From: Candidatus Methanoperedenaceae archaeon
GTDB taxonomy: Archaea; Halobacteriota; Methanosarcinia; Methanosarcinales; Methanoperedenaceae
NCBI GenBank assembly: GCA_963753595.1
Contig: CAVWCX010000018.1
Location: 1 to 64,000, forward strand
Direction of reading: 5' to 3'
Length of the DNA stretch: 64,000 nt
Part shown: positions 11,605 through 21,600 of the stretch, piece after piece
Numbering within the stretch: position 1 is the first letter of the stretch
Layout: each line of letters opens with the position of its first letter
Program-made: the position numbers and the translations under genes
Notes under the pieces: generated by a model
Seen by the model: only the letters and a program-made list of their open reading frames with translations
Database searches by the model: none
What the model was told of the DNA's origin: nothing

Positions 11605-12177
11605 TTATTGGCCTGCGACAAGTTTTAACTTAGAACCACAATACGGGCACATCAACCAGCTTGGATCAATAGTTTTCTTACAGAACCCGCAGATCTTTGA
11701 TACTTCAACTTTTTTGATCAACTGGTTACCGCAAAATGAACAATTATTCCATTTAGGATCATAAGGATTCTGGCATTTTTCACATATTTTGTAAGTGGAT
11801 ACCCATTTCTGGCCTTTAAGTTCGACACCGCATTTTGTACAGAAACGGCACGATACAACCACACGTTCACCACATGCAGTACACATGGGCACGTCTTGCA
11901 TCAGGGCAGGGTTTAACTTCTTTTTCAGGTTCTCAAGACAAACCGCAGCTTCACGTTTGACCATTTCCTCAGTGTCTTTTTCAGCCAGCTGTTCAATGAT
12001 CCTTACCAGGCTCTTGCTGAATTCCGGCAATTCCATATCCATTTTAGCAAAATCAACTTTATCCTGGTTTATCGAAGAAGTAATATATTTTAATGTCATG
12101 AATCGCGTGGCAACTATTTTGCTCTCCAGCTTTTCAAGCATATGTCTTCTTTCTTCTTCAGATAATATTTTGCCCAT
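11605..12177 (-). CDS. HEAT-like N-terminus plus three double-zinc-ribbon repeats
   Basis: Six CxxC pairs in three DZR units (CTACG..FCTKCG; CEKC..CSFCG; CGFC..CPYCG). Confidence 0.8.
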   Translation of the reverse strand: MGKILSEEERRHMLEKLESKIVATRFMTLKYITSSINQDKVDFAKMDMELPEFSKSLVRIIEQLAEKDTEEMVKREAAVCLENLKKKLNPALMQDVPMCTACGERVVVSCRFCTKCGVELKGQKWVSTYKICEKCQNPYDPKWNNCSFCGNQLIKKVEVSKICGFCKKTIDPSWLMCPYCGSKLKLVAGQ

Positions 12178-12178
12178 T

Positions 12179-12499
12179 TTATTCTGTGATCTCCTCGATA
12201 GATATGGATAGTTGAATTGCGAATACGAAGAACAATATAAGGGTTACTGATAACAGGGCTTCAAATACCGGATGGAAGCCCGCAAAAATTACAGTCCCGA
12301 TAGAACCTACTGCCCTTGTGATGCCCAATAAAATGAAAAGGTTTATCATTATAATAAAATTTTTCCACATAGCATCCATGGTTTTCAAACCCTTCAATTC
12401 TCTTGAAATCCCCACAAGTAACTGAAATGATAAGACACTGCAGATTATCACTATCATTGATGCAACCGTATTCAGGACGATAAAGAAATCTGTGCTCAT
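12179..12499 (-). CDS. Hypothetical 3-TM membrane protein
   Basis: Hydrophobic ORF tightly packed against its neighbours. Confidence 0.65.
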   Translation of the reverse strand: MSTDFFIVLNTVASMIVIICSVLSFQLLVGISRELKGLKTMDAMWKNFIIMINLFILLGITRAVGSIGTVIFAGFHPVFEALLSVTLILFFVFAIQLSISIEEITE

Positions 12500-12993
12500 T
12501 ATTCAATCTCCTCTTCATCTTTACTGAAGACTGTCCATGGCTTTGTCCGCATTGCACTGACGATCTTTCTAAGTCCGAATAATAATATGATAAAAACAAT
12601 GACTTCCAATAAAGGGTCAAGGACTTTAACTATGTAGAAAAATAAATCCAATCCTTCCTGGGATATTGCAGCTTCATTCATAGAGTTTTGAACTTTTATA
12701 ACATCCAGCAAAATGCCGAACGCTCCGATAATATTCCAGAAAACAAATAATACCATTGAAATTGAAAGATATTTCCAGCTATTGGAGCCTTTTTGAGACC
12801 TTGACCACAATCCTGCAGCAAGATAAGTTGCGCCGCATATTCCCAGAAGGAATGATATCAGGCGTACAATTGTGCCGCTCATATCTATTCCATTGATGGT
12901 TCCTGCAATATTTGAGTCAGGCAGGATTGAAACAGGGAAAAACGCAAATAGAATTAATGAATTTTCCATGATGTTTTTGAGTTCCTCAATCAA
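12499..12993 (-). CDS. Hypothetical membrane protein (3-4 TM)
   Basis: Hydrophobic helices; stop overlaps the next ATG (TAATG). Confidence 0.65.
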   Translation of the reverse strand: MIEELKNIMENSLILFAFFPVSILPDSNIAGTINGIDMSGTIVRLISFLLGICGATYLAAGLWSRSQKGSNSWKYLSISMVLFVFWNIIGAFGILLDVIKVQNSMNEAAISQEGLDLFFYIVKVLDPLLEVIVFIILLFGLRKIVSAMRTKPWTVFSKDEEEIE

Positions 12994-13090
12994 TTTATTT
13001 TGAACTTATTCCTATTTTCAATTAATCAGGATATAAACCAATTTGTGAAGAACGTGTGATTCTATAAATAAGAACTATTTTTATAAAAGA

Positions 13091-13306
13091 TTATTTTTTG
13101 ACTTCTTTATACCAGTCGCATGTCATACAAGTTCCACGTTTTTGAGCATCTGTTCCCTGGACTTTACCGCCACAGAAGGTTCCCGCTACCTTCCAGCAGT
13201 CTGTGCCGTGATTTGGAGATGCGGGACAAACGCCCATATCTTTAACTTTGATTCCGCCAACTTCTCTTCCGCATTTCTTTAATTCCCAACAATTTTTGAC
13301 TGTCAT
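13091..13306 (-). CDS. Two-CW domain small Cys-rich protein
   Basis: NCWELKKCGRE...CPA...CWKVAGTFCGGKVQG...CMTCDWY. Confidence 0.85.
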   Translation of the reverse strand: MTVKNCWELKKCGREVGGIKVKDMGVCPASPNHGTDCWKVAGTFCGGKVQGTDAQKRGTCMTCDWYKEVKK

Positions 13307-13421
13307 AATGACTTGATCATATCACACATTCATTTACTCTGGTGTGAAAAGTGTGTGATATATTCAAATCCAGGGTTAATGAAATAAACAAGAAAATCAT
13401 TAAACAAAAATAAGGAACAAT

Positions 13422-13958
13422 ATGATAAAGCAAAACTCCATCCTGGAAATCAGCTGCGGAAGTCATTCAACGCTCTACGGGACAAAAGGCAGGGAATGGG
13501 ATATGTTCGTGGGCATAGATATAAAAATGAGCCTGTGCAAACAGGCAAAAAAGCAGGGTCTGGAGATCGTGTGCTGCGATGCTTTCAACCTGCCATTTAA
13601 GCCTAAATCATTTCAGGATGTATATATCCAGTGCTTCACCGCGCTTCTTGAAAAAGACGCTCTTTCCGATGCATTCCAGAAAAGCGATCACGATGAGTTC
13701 TGTGAATTTATGGGTAACGAGATTGATTATGCCTGGCAGGTGGTCGATCCGTTCTACGAGTTGCTGCTTGAATGCAAGCAGGTGAGTGAACACATAATAT
13801 GTCTTCCTTCATGCAATATTGAGATGAACAAGTATCTTGTCAATGCTGTTAAGAATCTTCCCGCTATTACGATAGATGTTGATTACTCAAAAAACTGGGG
13901 CGGGAAGAAAAAAGCCTGTATAATGTTCCTGGATATTAACTGTACAATATATGTTTAA
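13422..13958 (+). CDS. Class I SAM-dependent methyltransferase-like protein
   Basis: ILEISCGS, VGIDI and CDAFNLPFKPKSFQ motifs (somewhat degenerate). Confidence 0.6.
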   Translation: MIKQNSILEISCGSHSTLYGTKGREWDMFVGIDIKMSLCKQAKKQGLEIVCCDAFNLPFKPKSFQDVYIQCFTALLEKDALSDAFQKSDHDEFCEFMGNEIDYAWQVVDPFYELLLECKQVSEHIICLPSCNIEMNKYLVNAVKNLPAITIDVDYSKNWGGKKKACIMFLDINCTIYV

Positions 13959-13998
13959 TTACAAACATTTTTAGCAATTAAGATTAATCTTAGATGCC

Positions 13999-14421
13999 AT
14001 GGTCAGAGTTCTGGCAACGGGTACATTCGATCTTCTGCATCCAGGCCACCTGCTCTATCTTTCCAGGGCAAGAGCGCTGGGCGATGAGCTTTATGTCATT
14101 GTGGCGCGGGACTCGATGATAAAACACAAACCAAAACCCATTGTTCCTGAAAAACAGAGGCTGACCATGGTCTTGGCGCTACGAATGGTAGATGCGGCAA
14201 TGCTGGGGAGCGAGACTGATATGTTCCTGCCCCTTCGTGAAATAAAACCAGATATAGTAGCACTCGGTAAAAACCAGTTTTTTAATGAAAAAGAGCTTGA
14301 GGAAAAGTTAGTTGCCCAGGGGATAAAAACAAAGGTGATGAGAGTTCAGGCTTTTGAGCAGGGAGAGCTTTGCAGCAGCGCGGCGATTATCAGAAAGGTA
14401 CTTGAAAGGAACGGGAAATAG
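13999..14421 (+). CDS. ribL: FAD synthetase (cytidylyltransferase family)
   Basis: GTFDLLHPGH, VIVARD, PDIVALG, CSSAAII. Confidence 0.85.
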   Translation: MVRVLATGTFDLLHPGHLLYLSRARALGDELYVIVARDSMIKHKPKPIVPEKQRLTMVLALRMVDAAMLGSETDMFLPLREIKPDIVALGKNQFFNEKELEEKLVAQGIKTKVMRVQAFEQGELCSSAAIIRKVLERNGK

Positions 14422-14433
14422 TAAAAATAAATA

Positions 14434-15576
14434 CTACTCAAGAACCGCTTCTATCCGCCTCAGGGCTTCTTTTATTCGCTCCTGGGACGTTGCATAAGAT
14501 ATCCTGATAAAATCAGTTCCTGATTCCCCAAAAGCTGAACCTGGTGTGGTAGCGACAAATGCCTTGTTAAGCAGCAATTCTGCAACCTTTTCTCCTGTCC
14601 CGTATTCACTTACATCGGCAAAAGCATAAAAAGCGCCATCCGGTCTTGCACATTTTATCCCGATCTTATTTAATCCCCTGACAAGCAGCTCCCTTCGTGC
14701 CTTGAACTCCTTTACCATTGCGGCAACCGGCGCCTGGTCACCCTGAAGAGCGGCAATACCTGCATACTGGACAAACGAGGTTGCCTGGCTTACGGAATGA
14801 GAATGCAATTTGAGCATCGGTTCATAAACTTCCTTTGGCGCGCTCACATATCCGAGGCGCCATCCTGTCATTGCGTAAGCTTTTGAGAATCCATTGACAG
14901 TTATTGTCAAATCCTGCATCCCATCCAGGCTTGCGATACTTATGTGTTCACGGTCATAGATGATCTTCTCATATATCTCATCCGACAGGACAAAAATATT
15001 TTTATCAATGGCAATATCTGCTATCTCTTTTAACGTTTCTTTGCTGTAAACACTGCCTGTCGGGTTGCAGGGGCTGTTTATGATGATGAGTTTTGTCTTA
15101 TTTGTTATGTATTCACTGATACTCTCAGGTGAAAAACCATTATTTGGTGAAGTTGGAGCCCAGACAGTTCTTGCGCCTGCAAGCTGTATGCACGGGTCAT
15201 AAGAAACCCAGGCAGGGTCAAAAAGAATTGCTTCATCTCCTTCCCTGAGAACAGAGAGTATAACTTCAAAAATGGCTTGCTTTGCACCAGGGGTGACAAT
15301 GATATTACCCGGTTTTGTTTCAATTTTGTTCTCTTTTTTGAGCTTCTCTGCAATTGCTTTACGTAATTCGGGTATCCCTGGCGATGGGGTGTAATGTGTC
15401 TCACCGCGTTCAAGTGATGCTTTTGCAGCATCAATGATATGTGATGGTGTTGTAAAATCAGGTTCTCCAAGGCTAAAACTTATAATATCTTTACCCTGGC
15501 TTTTCAATTCATTTGCAAGATTTGAGATCCGAAGCGTTGCCGACTCAGTAATGTTTTGAAGTCTTTTTGCCGTCAT
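14434..15576 (-). CDS. PLP-dependent aminotransferase class I/II (aspartate aminotransferase-like)
   Basis: GEPDF, NSPCNPTG, SDEIY, SKAYAMTGWRLGY. Confidence 0.93.
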   Translation of the reverse strand: MTAKRLQNITESATLRISNLANELKSQGKDIISFSLGEPDFTTPSHIIDAAKASLERGETHYTPSPGIPELRKAIAEKLKKENKIETKPGNIIVTPGAKQAIFEVILSVLREGDEAILFDPAWVSYDPCIQLAGARTVWAPTSPNNGFSPESISEYITNKTKLIIINSPCNPTGSVYSKETLKEIADIAIDKNIFVLSDEIYEKIIYDREHISIASLDGMQDLTITVNGFSKAYAMTGWRLGYVSAPKEVYEPMLKLHSHSVSQATSFVQYAGIAALQGDQAPVAAMVKEFKARRELLVRGLNKIGIKCARPDGAFYAFADVSEYGTGEKVAELLLNKAFVATTPGSAFGESGTDFIRISYATSQERIKEALRRIEAVLE

Positions 15577-15607
15577 AAAGTCTGGCTTTGAACTAATTTA
15601 TTCATAT

Positions 15608-15982
15608 TTAAGTCATTCTAAAGTTTAAAAATCGTTCACTTTTGACAAAATCGTTTTCAAGCTTGAGGGAATAGAAAAATATGGCTTCACCCTCAGGCAC
15701 GTCCTTCCAGAGGCTTTTATCAACACAATCCCTGCCAAGTTCCTTAATAAGACCGTCATAAGTGACCGCAGCTATTTTATCAATGTTGACCGCGATGTCC
15801 TCAACAAGCCCATTATTGGAATTGCGCACCCTGTAAATTCCTTTGTTGAAGAATTTTGGGGAGATCATGGTGCTTTTTCCTGTTTTTTTTGCTTCATTTA
15901 TTTTATACTCATCCAGATCAAGGGTATGCGCGACCCTTTCAATTTCCAGTCTGAATGTTGTTAAAGTGTTCGAACCCATCAC
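15608..15982 (-). CDS. Hypothetical protein
   Basis: 124-aa ORF co-oriented between rnz and the aminotransferase; no recognisable motif. Confidence 0.6.
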   Translation of the reverse strand: MMGSNTLTTFRLEIERVAHTLDLDEYKINEAKKTGKSTMISPKFFNKGIYRVRNSNNGLVEDIAVNIDKIAAVTYDGLIKELGRDCVDKSLWKDVPEGEAIFFYSLKLENDFVKSERFLNFRMT

Positions 15983-16013
15983 TTATAAAATATGTACATG
16001 CGTCTATTTATTT

Positions 16014-16928
16014 CTATTTATCACAAAGTTGTATTTCTATTTCCATCAATTCTTCTGCAAGCATGGAATTTCCAAAAACCTTTTTAGCCTCATGGAGCAA
16101 CACATCCCTTTTTTCACTGTACCTTGAACTGATGTGCGTGAGTACCAATTGCTTCACATTCGCATTCTTTGCAACGAGAGCTGCTTCTTTTGAGGTTGAA
16201 TGTTTTGTTTCAATAGCCCAGTCTTTCAAATCCTCAGCAAGGGTGCTGTCATGAATTAACAGATCAGCTCCAGCGCTTTCTTTTTCCAGGTTCTCGCACG
16301 GCCTTGTATCACCGGAATACACGATCTTCCTCCCGGGACGGCTCTCTCCTATCACCAGCGAGGGCAGGATTGTATTTCCGTTTATTATGACCGCCTCGCC
16401 GTTTTGCAATTTTGAGAAAAGGCGGCCGACAGGAACCCCAAGTTCTATTGCTTTTTCCCTGTTAAATCTTCCCACGCGTGTTTTCTCTTCAAGCACATAA
16501 CCCAGGCTTGGGATGCCGTGGTCTGTTCCAACCGCTTTGATAGAATAATCTCCTTTATCAATAATATCCCCATCCTGCAGTTCGTGCGCATTTATTACAA
16601 AACCGAGCTTGAAATACCCAAGCTGGATGAATAGATTTACAAATTGTTTAGTCCATACGGGGCCGTATATATCAAGCGGCTCGGTTCTTCCGTTAAAAGA
16701 CATGGTCTGGATAAGGCCGGGAATACCGAGGAAATGGTCTGCATGGAAATGCGTGACAAAAATGCAGGCCAGCGTCATGCCGGTCTTTGCCCGCATCATC
16801 TGCTGCTGAGTCCCCTCGCCGCAGTCAAAAAGCATCATATCACCTTCCCTGTTTACAAAAACAGACGATGGATTGCGGTCTGGCGTGGGAAGCGATCCGC
16901 CTGTGCCTAGAAAAGTTACACGAAACAT
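16014..16928 (-). CDS. rnz: Ribonuclease Z
   Basis: FLGTGG, DCGEGTQ, THFHADHFLG, SGDT, THISSRY. Confidence 0.96.
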   Translation of the reverse strand: MFRVTFLGTGGSLPTPDRNPSSVFVNREGDMMLFDCGEGTQQQMMRAKTGMTLACIFVTHFHADHFLGIPGLIQTMSFNGRTEPLDIYGPVWTKQFVNLFIQLGYFKLGFVINAHELQDGDIIDKGDYSIKAVGTDHGIPSLGYVLEEKTRVGRFNREKAIELGVPVGRLFSKLQNGEAVIINGNTILPSLVIGESRPGRKIVYSGDTRPCENLEKESAGADLLIHDSTLAEDLKDWAIETKHSTSKEAALVAKNANVKQLVLTHISSRYSEKRDVLLHEAKKVFGNSMLAEELMEIEIQLCDK

Positions 16929-17079
16929 GAAGTGCTTAATTGTGCTGGGGATTTAAATAGGTGACTTTTTTTGAAAAATATCCTTCATGTGACAAAATGT
17001 TGTATAGCCATTCTTGCAGTGGCTTTAGATGGACTATAAGCACCGATTTCAACGAATCAAATAGAAAAGATTATATATA

Positions 17080-17463
17080 TTGTCAATGCATGATGGCAAT
17101 GGGAGATATTTTATGGAAAAGAGTGAATTGGGAACTGATAAAATAGTAAGTATTGTAAGAAGAATGAAAAAATTCAGCATAGCTCAATCGATTATAGATC
17201 GGAAAGACTGGGTAAAATATAAAACAATTCCTGAATGGCATTACAGGGTGATAGATGAGAATATTTTTGTCGGCGACCCAGGCAAAAAGTTTTATGATGT
17301 GACCGAAAAATATGTTAACGCATATATATTTGACAATAAAGAACCTCCCGCTGAGATTGCTGGGGCCATCATGAATATTGCCGATGATGTGATGAACAAC
17401 AGGGAACCAATTATGAGGGCCGGGGATTACATCTCTATCCAGAACTTCACTAGAGCAAAGTAA
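17080..17463 (+). CDS. Hypothetical protein upstream of the radical SAM gene (start probably 17113)
   Basis: ORF preceded by a BRE/TATA-like AAAAGATTATATAT; no motif recognised. Confidence 0.6.
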   Translation: MSMHDGNGRYFMEKSELGTDKIVSIVRRMKKFSIAQSIIDRKDWVKYKTIPEWHYRVIDENIFVGDPGKKFYDVTEKYVNAYIFDNKEPPAEIAGAIMNIADDVMNNREPIMRAGDYISIQNFTRAK

Positions 17464-17526
17464 TCTGGTAAACAAAAAACAATAATTTCCCTTTTTTAAT
17501 ATTCTGTGCAAAAATGAGGATTTAGC

Positions 17527-18576
17527 ATGAGCTTTGAAGGATTTCCTTTTAATGTAGGATGGGAATTAACACTAGCGTGCAACCTGCGCTGTAATCATTG
17601 CGCTTCAGCAGCTGGTTTGCCAAGACATGATGAACTCACAACGAAAGAAGCGCTAAAAATATGCGACCAATTTCCTGCCCTATTAGTGCAGGAGGTAGAC
17701 TTTACCGGAGGAGAGCCTCTGTTAAGGTCAGACTGGGCAGAAATAGCCCTGTACTTGAAAGATCTCGGAATATCAACAAACATACTCACAAATGGATTAG
17801 TTCTGGACTCGAGAATAGTCTCTCAAATTAATAAGGCAGGTATTTCTAATGTAGGAATAAGCCTGGATGGACTTGAAGAAACTCACGATTATATCAGAGG
17901 ACGCAAAGGGTCCTTTAATCACGTGCTGAATAGCATCAAGATGCTCCAAAAGGAGAACATTCATGTAATCGTCATCACCACCGTTAACAATCTTAATATT
18001 CATGAGTTGCCAGCCATCCTTCATTTACTGCAATCCATTGGAATACATGATTGGAGGGTTCAACCATTGATCCCAATCGGGCGTGCAAACAACTTTACAG
18101 AGCTTTACATAGATGATCAAGGTATGCTGGATCTTGGGAGATTTATTCAATATTGGGCGTCTAAATCTGAAAAGGAAGGTATCCATATCATCTGCAGTGA
18201 CGGCCTCGAATACATAGATGGGATATCTAATTCTGAAAGGCCATGGCGAGGTTGTCCCGCTGGTTGGATAACTTGCGGCATAACAAGCGAAGGCAAGGTG
18301 AAAGGGTGCTTATCTTTGCCAGATGAATTGGTAGAAGGTGATCTGCGCAAAAATGATTTGTGGAGCATATGGTTCAACCCGGAGTCTTTTGCTTATACTC
18401 GGAACTTTTCCAATATTCAAATGGGATCAAACTGTAGTTCTTGTGATAAGGCTATTGAGTGTTTTGGGGGCTGCTCATCTAATTCTTATGCGGCTACAAA
18501 TAAGTTTCACAATGACCCTTACTGCTTTTACAAGATCAATAAAATCAACTCATCCATCGATGCTTCGAGCAGATAA
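17527..18576 (+). CDS. Radical SAM protein with SPASM domain
   Basis: CNLRCNHC, TGGEPLLR; SPASM CPAG...C...GKVKGC...CSSC...C...GGC...DPYC. Confidence 0.93.
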   Translation: MSFEGFPFNVGWELTLACNLRCNHCASAAGLPRHDELTTKEALKICDQFPALLVQEVDFTGGEPLLRSDWAEIALYLKDLGISTNILTNGLVLDSRIVSQINKAGISNVGISLDGLEETHDYIRGRKGSFNHVLNSIKMLQKENIHVIVITTVNNLNIHELPAILHLLQSIGIHDWRVQPLIPIGRANNFTELYIDDQGMLDLGRFIQYWASKSEKEGIHIICSDGLEYIDGISNSERPWRGCPAGWITCGITSEGKVKGCLSLPDELVEGDLRKNDLWSIWFNPESFAYTRNFSNIQMGSNCSSCDKAIECFGGCSSNSYAATNKFHNDPYCFYKINKINSSIDASSR

Positions 18577-18604
18577 AGAATAAATAATAACAATAAAAAT
18601 ACTG

Positions 18605-18621
18605 AAAAATATCCCGCTTCC
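18605..18621 (-). repeat. Degenerate copy of the tRNA-Tyr 3' end and trailer (att-like direct repeat)
   Basis: AAAAATATCCCGCTTCC versus AAAAATATCCCGCCTCC at 21594-21610 (16/17 identical). Confidence 0.6.
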
Positions 18622-18826
18622 AATAATTCTCTCGTGCTCTGGTTATTTGATATGCATTAAACAACTTTTACGTGTGTGTAGATCATTCGCGTATTCTTAT
18701 AAAAGGAAAAATATATATAGGAATACTTTATATTTTATTATTGAGGGATACCATGATACTGTGCATTGGGAAATTAAGTTTGAACCAGAAGAATTGTTTA
18801 GATAATATCCAGATAAATTTTTTTGT

Positions 18827-21574
18827 ATGCACAGGTGGTGGACAGAAATGAAACGGCTCCTATTTTTGAAATATGCGCTCATTGCAACGGTTACAGCATT
18901 GTTGTTGACAAGTGGTGTGGCAGCGCAGGAATCATGCGAATCAGCCAATGCATTGCTAAATGCGGCATTGTATGAGAAAGCTCAGGCTAACTACACTGAT
19001 TTGCTGATGAAATACCCAAACCTTACCTGCGCGCAGGATGGAGTCCTGAAAGCACAGAATTCCTGGGCAATAAATTTATATGAGATTGGTCAAGCTTATG
19101 AAAATGCCAGTCAATTTCAGGAGGCTCGCGTACAGTATTTAGAGGCTCTGAAGAAGTGCCCGAGCTACATCCGTGCTCAAGAGGCTCTTGAAAAAGTGAG
19201 CGATGATAAGTTCGCTGCGGTGCAGACCCTGGCTAATCTCGGTTATTATACTGAAGCGACGGTCAGACTCAAGAAAGTCGTAGAAGATAACCCGGGCATT
19301 AATGTGCCCAAAGACGTTGAATATCTGCCGGGAAGGTCTCTATTTTTATGGGGAGACATACGAAACTTGATAGAGATATGGGGGCAGCCTCTGGTAGAGA
19401 TTGCAATTTTCGTGCTTGGATTATATGTCCTGAGATTTCGGATTTGGCCATTGATAAAGGGCTTCTTCAAACCTAAATTGGATATCAAGGAATTCGACGA
19501 TGTAGCAACAGATCTCAAAATAGGTAAAGGAATGATGGCGATGGTGGAAGGGTCGCTTATACAAATAGGACAGGAAGTAGGGCATGGGTATGTACATCTA
19601 GTGACTGAGGGGTATGACAATAAAATTCCTGCCGATATTAAGGGTTCTTCGACGCAGATAAAGATGGTATCAAATTTGATTGAGTGGATATTTCCCCCGA
19701 ATGTTATCACGCTATCGGGTTATCTGGAGAAGCCGGGGAGCTGCGGTGCTGGATTGACATTGTCCATGGTGAACAGTCAGACAGGGGAAATCCTGGGAAA
19801 TATTACGATCTGGCAGAAGGACTATGATACAATGATAAATCTGGCAGAGCAGTCTGTGGTGGAAGACAAAAAACCGGCGTCTTACTATTGCCTGGTAGAA
19901 CCCGCAGCAATCTGGGCATTTTTCCAGTTGAGATCCCCTAGTAAAATTAAAAAAGGGATATCTTATGAAATCTGGGAAAAAATCAGGAACATTATCGTGA
20001 AAGATACTGAAAAGTTTGCCCTTTTGGGAACAGATGTCTGGAATAGTTATGCATACTTCCGGGCTGGCGTCCGCTGGGAGCTTGAAGGCAAGAAGGATAA
20101 AGCGCGACGACTATATGTGGAAGCCCAAAATCAAGACATGAATAATTATGGTGCTTTGTTAAACCTCGGTTATCTGGACATCGAAGATAAAAATTATGAT
20201 CGTGCGATTGAGCGACTATCGATGGCAAAAAAGATGGCGGATAAATATTTGTTTAGCTGGGACGAAATTCCAGGAAATGATAGCGAAAGACTCACAGAAT
20301 TTCTAAATCAGAGTTTTAATATTGATTGGTTCGATTCAGCAAAAATCGAGAAAATCGATAACGATAAGACTATTAAAGTATATACAGATATAAATTATCT
20401 ATCGCTAAATCTTAACAATGGAAAAAATAAGGTAACTCTAAGAATAGATGATGGTAGAACCGACGAATTCATTGTGAAAGAGGAAAATGATGAGCTAAAC
20501 ATATACGAGACATCTAAAAAGTTCCGTGGAGATGCCGTGTGGTATGTAGCAACATATCAACTGGCGGCTGCCTACCATTACAAGAGCATTCAGCTTCGAG
20601 AGTGTTTGTTTTGTTGGGATAAAATTCCAGAAAACGATAATGGACGGGCAAAAGTAGACATAGATATAGCAATAAAATGCTTGAATAAAGCAGAAAAAGA
20701 AGCTCAAAATTTGCTAAAAACAATCCATGAGGAAAAGTTTTTAGAATCAATTGAGCCGAATGCAAATATCATGCATGCGTCAATCCTGATAGATCTGGCA
20801 TATCAATGCCCAATAGATCAGAGCAAGATAAAGAAAGCTAAATCAAAGATCAATAGCATAGAAATAATGTACTCTAAACTAGCTCCTCGGGTTCGGTACA
20901 ATTTGGCTTGCTACTACTCGATTGTGGGTGATAAGACAAAGGAGGACAAGCAGACCAATTATAAAAAAGCATTAGACAACCTAGAATACGCCATCGAAGG
21001 AGGGGGCGATATCATCCAATGGGCGAAGATCAATCCTTCCTTGAAAGGAGTACGTGAGTTTAAGTTTAAGGAGACTGAAGTAGATTTTGCTAAATTGATC
21101 AAAAAGTATGAACAAAAGTATGATTCCCAAAAAACTTCGGATTCAACCGATCTGCTACCCCTGGCAGGCCTGACAATTATCAAGGAGGCTTTCGCCAAGC
21201 AATTAAAGGAGCAAGGAATAGTTTCGCCTTGCGACCTTATCATGAAAGCTGATACTCTATCATCACGCGAAGAACTTGCGAAAAAGCTCGGCATCAGCAC
21301 TGCACTCCTGCTGCGTTGGGCGCTTCTGGCTGACTTGATGCGCATCGTAGAGGACACCAAGCAGATTAATCTTCTGGAAACAGCTGATTATGGCTCGATT
21401 GAAGCCCTTCAGAAAGTAAGCGATCCATGTGGACTGGCAGATTTGTTGAACCAGGTAAACAAAGCACAATCCTTTGTGGACCAATCGCCATCTTGTGAAA
21501 CTGTTCAGCAATGGTTGCAGGAGTCCAAGAAAACAAAGCTTATGGTTATAGATAATCATTCAGTTATAAAATAA
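18827..21574 (+). CDS. Large membrane-anchored TPR protein with a C-terminal DUF4332-like helix-hairpin domain
   Basis: Signal peptide, TPR-like repeats, TM segment, RYNLACYYS TPR; C-terminal REELAKKLGISTALLLRWALLADLMRI...PSCETVQQW. Confidence 0.75.
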   Translation: MHRWWTEMKRLLFLKYALIATVTALLLTSGVAAQESCESANALLNAALYEKAQANYTDLLMKYPNLTCAQDGVLKAQNSWAINLYEIGQAYENASQFQEARVQYLEALKKCPSYIRAQEALEKVSDDKFAAVQTLANLGYYTEATVRLKKVVEDNPGINVPKDVEYLPGRSLFLWGDIRNLIEIWGQPLVEIAIFVLGLYVLRFRIWPLIKGFFKPKLDIKEFDDVATDLKIGKGMMAMVEGSLIQIGQEVGHGYVHLVTEGYDNKIPADIKGSSTQIKMVSNLIEWIFPPNVITLSGYLEKPGSCGAGLTLSMVNSQTGEILGNITIWQKDYDTMINLAEQSVVEDKKPASYYCLVEPAAIWAFFQLRSPSKIKKGISYEIWEKIRNIIVKDTEKFALLGTDVWNSYAYFRAGVRWELEGKKDKARRLYVEAQNQDMNNYGALLNLGYLDIEDKNYDRAIERLSMAKKMADKYLFSWDEIPGNDSERLTEFLNQSFNIDWFDSAKIEKIDNDKTIKVYTDINYLSLNLNNGKNKVTLRIDDGRTDEFIVKEENDELNIYETSKKFRGDAVWYVATYQLAAAYHYKSIQLRECLFCWDKIPENDNGRAKVDIDIAIKCLNKAEKEAQNLLKTIHEEKFLESIEPNANIMHASILIDLAYQCPIDQSKIKKAKSKINSIEIMYSKLAPRVRYNLACYYSIVGDKTKEDKQTNYKKALDNLEYAIEGGGDIIQWAKINPSLKGVREFKFKETEVDFAKLIKKYEQKYDSQKTSDSTDLLPLAGLTIIKEAFAKQLKEQGIVSPCDLIMKADTLSSREELAKKLGISTALLLRWALLADLMRIVEDTKQINLLETADYGSIEALQKVSDPCGLADLLNQVNKAQSFVDQSPSCETVQQWLQESKKTKLMVIDNHSVIK

Positions 21575-21600
21575 CTTAAAATTAAAAAAACAAAAAAATA

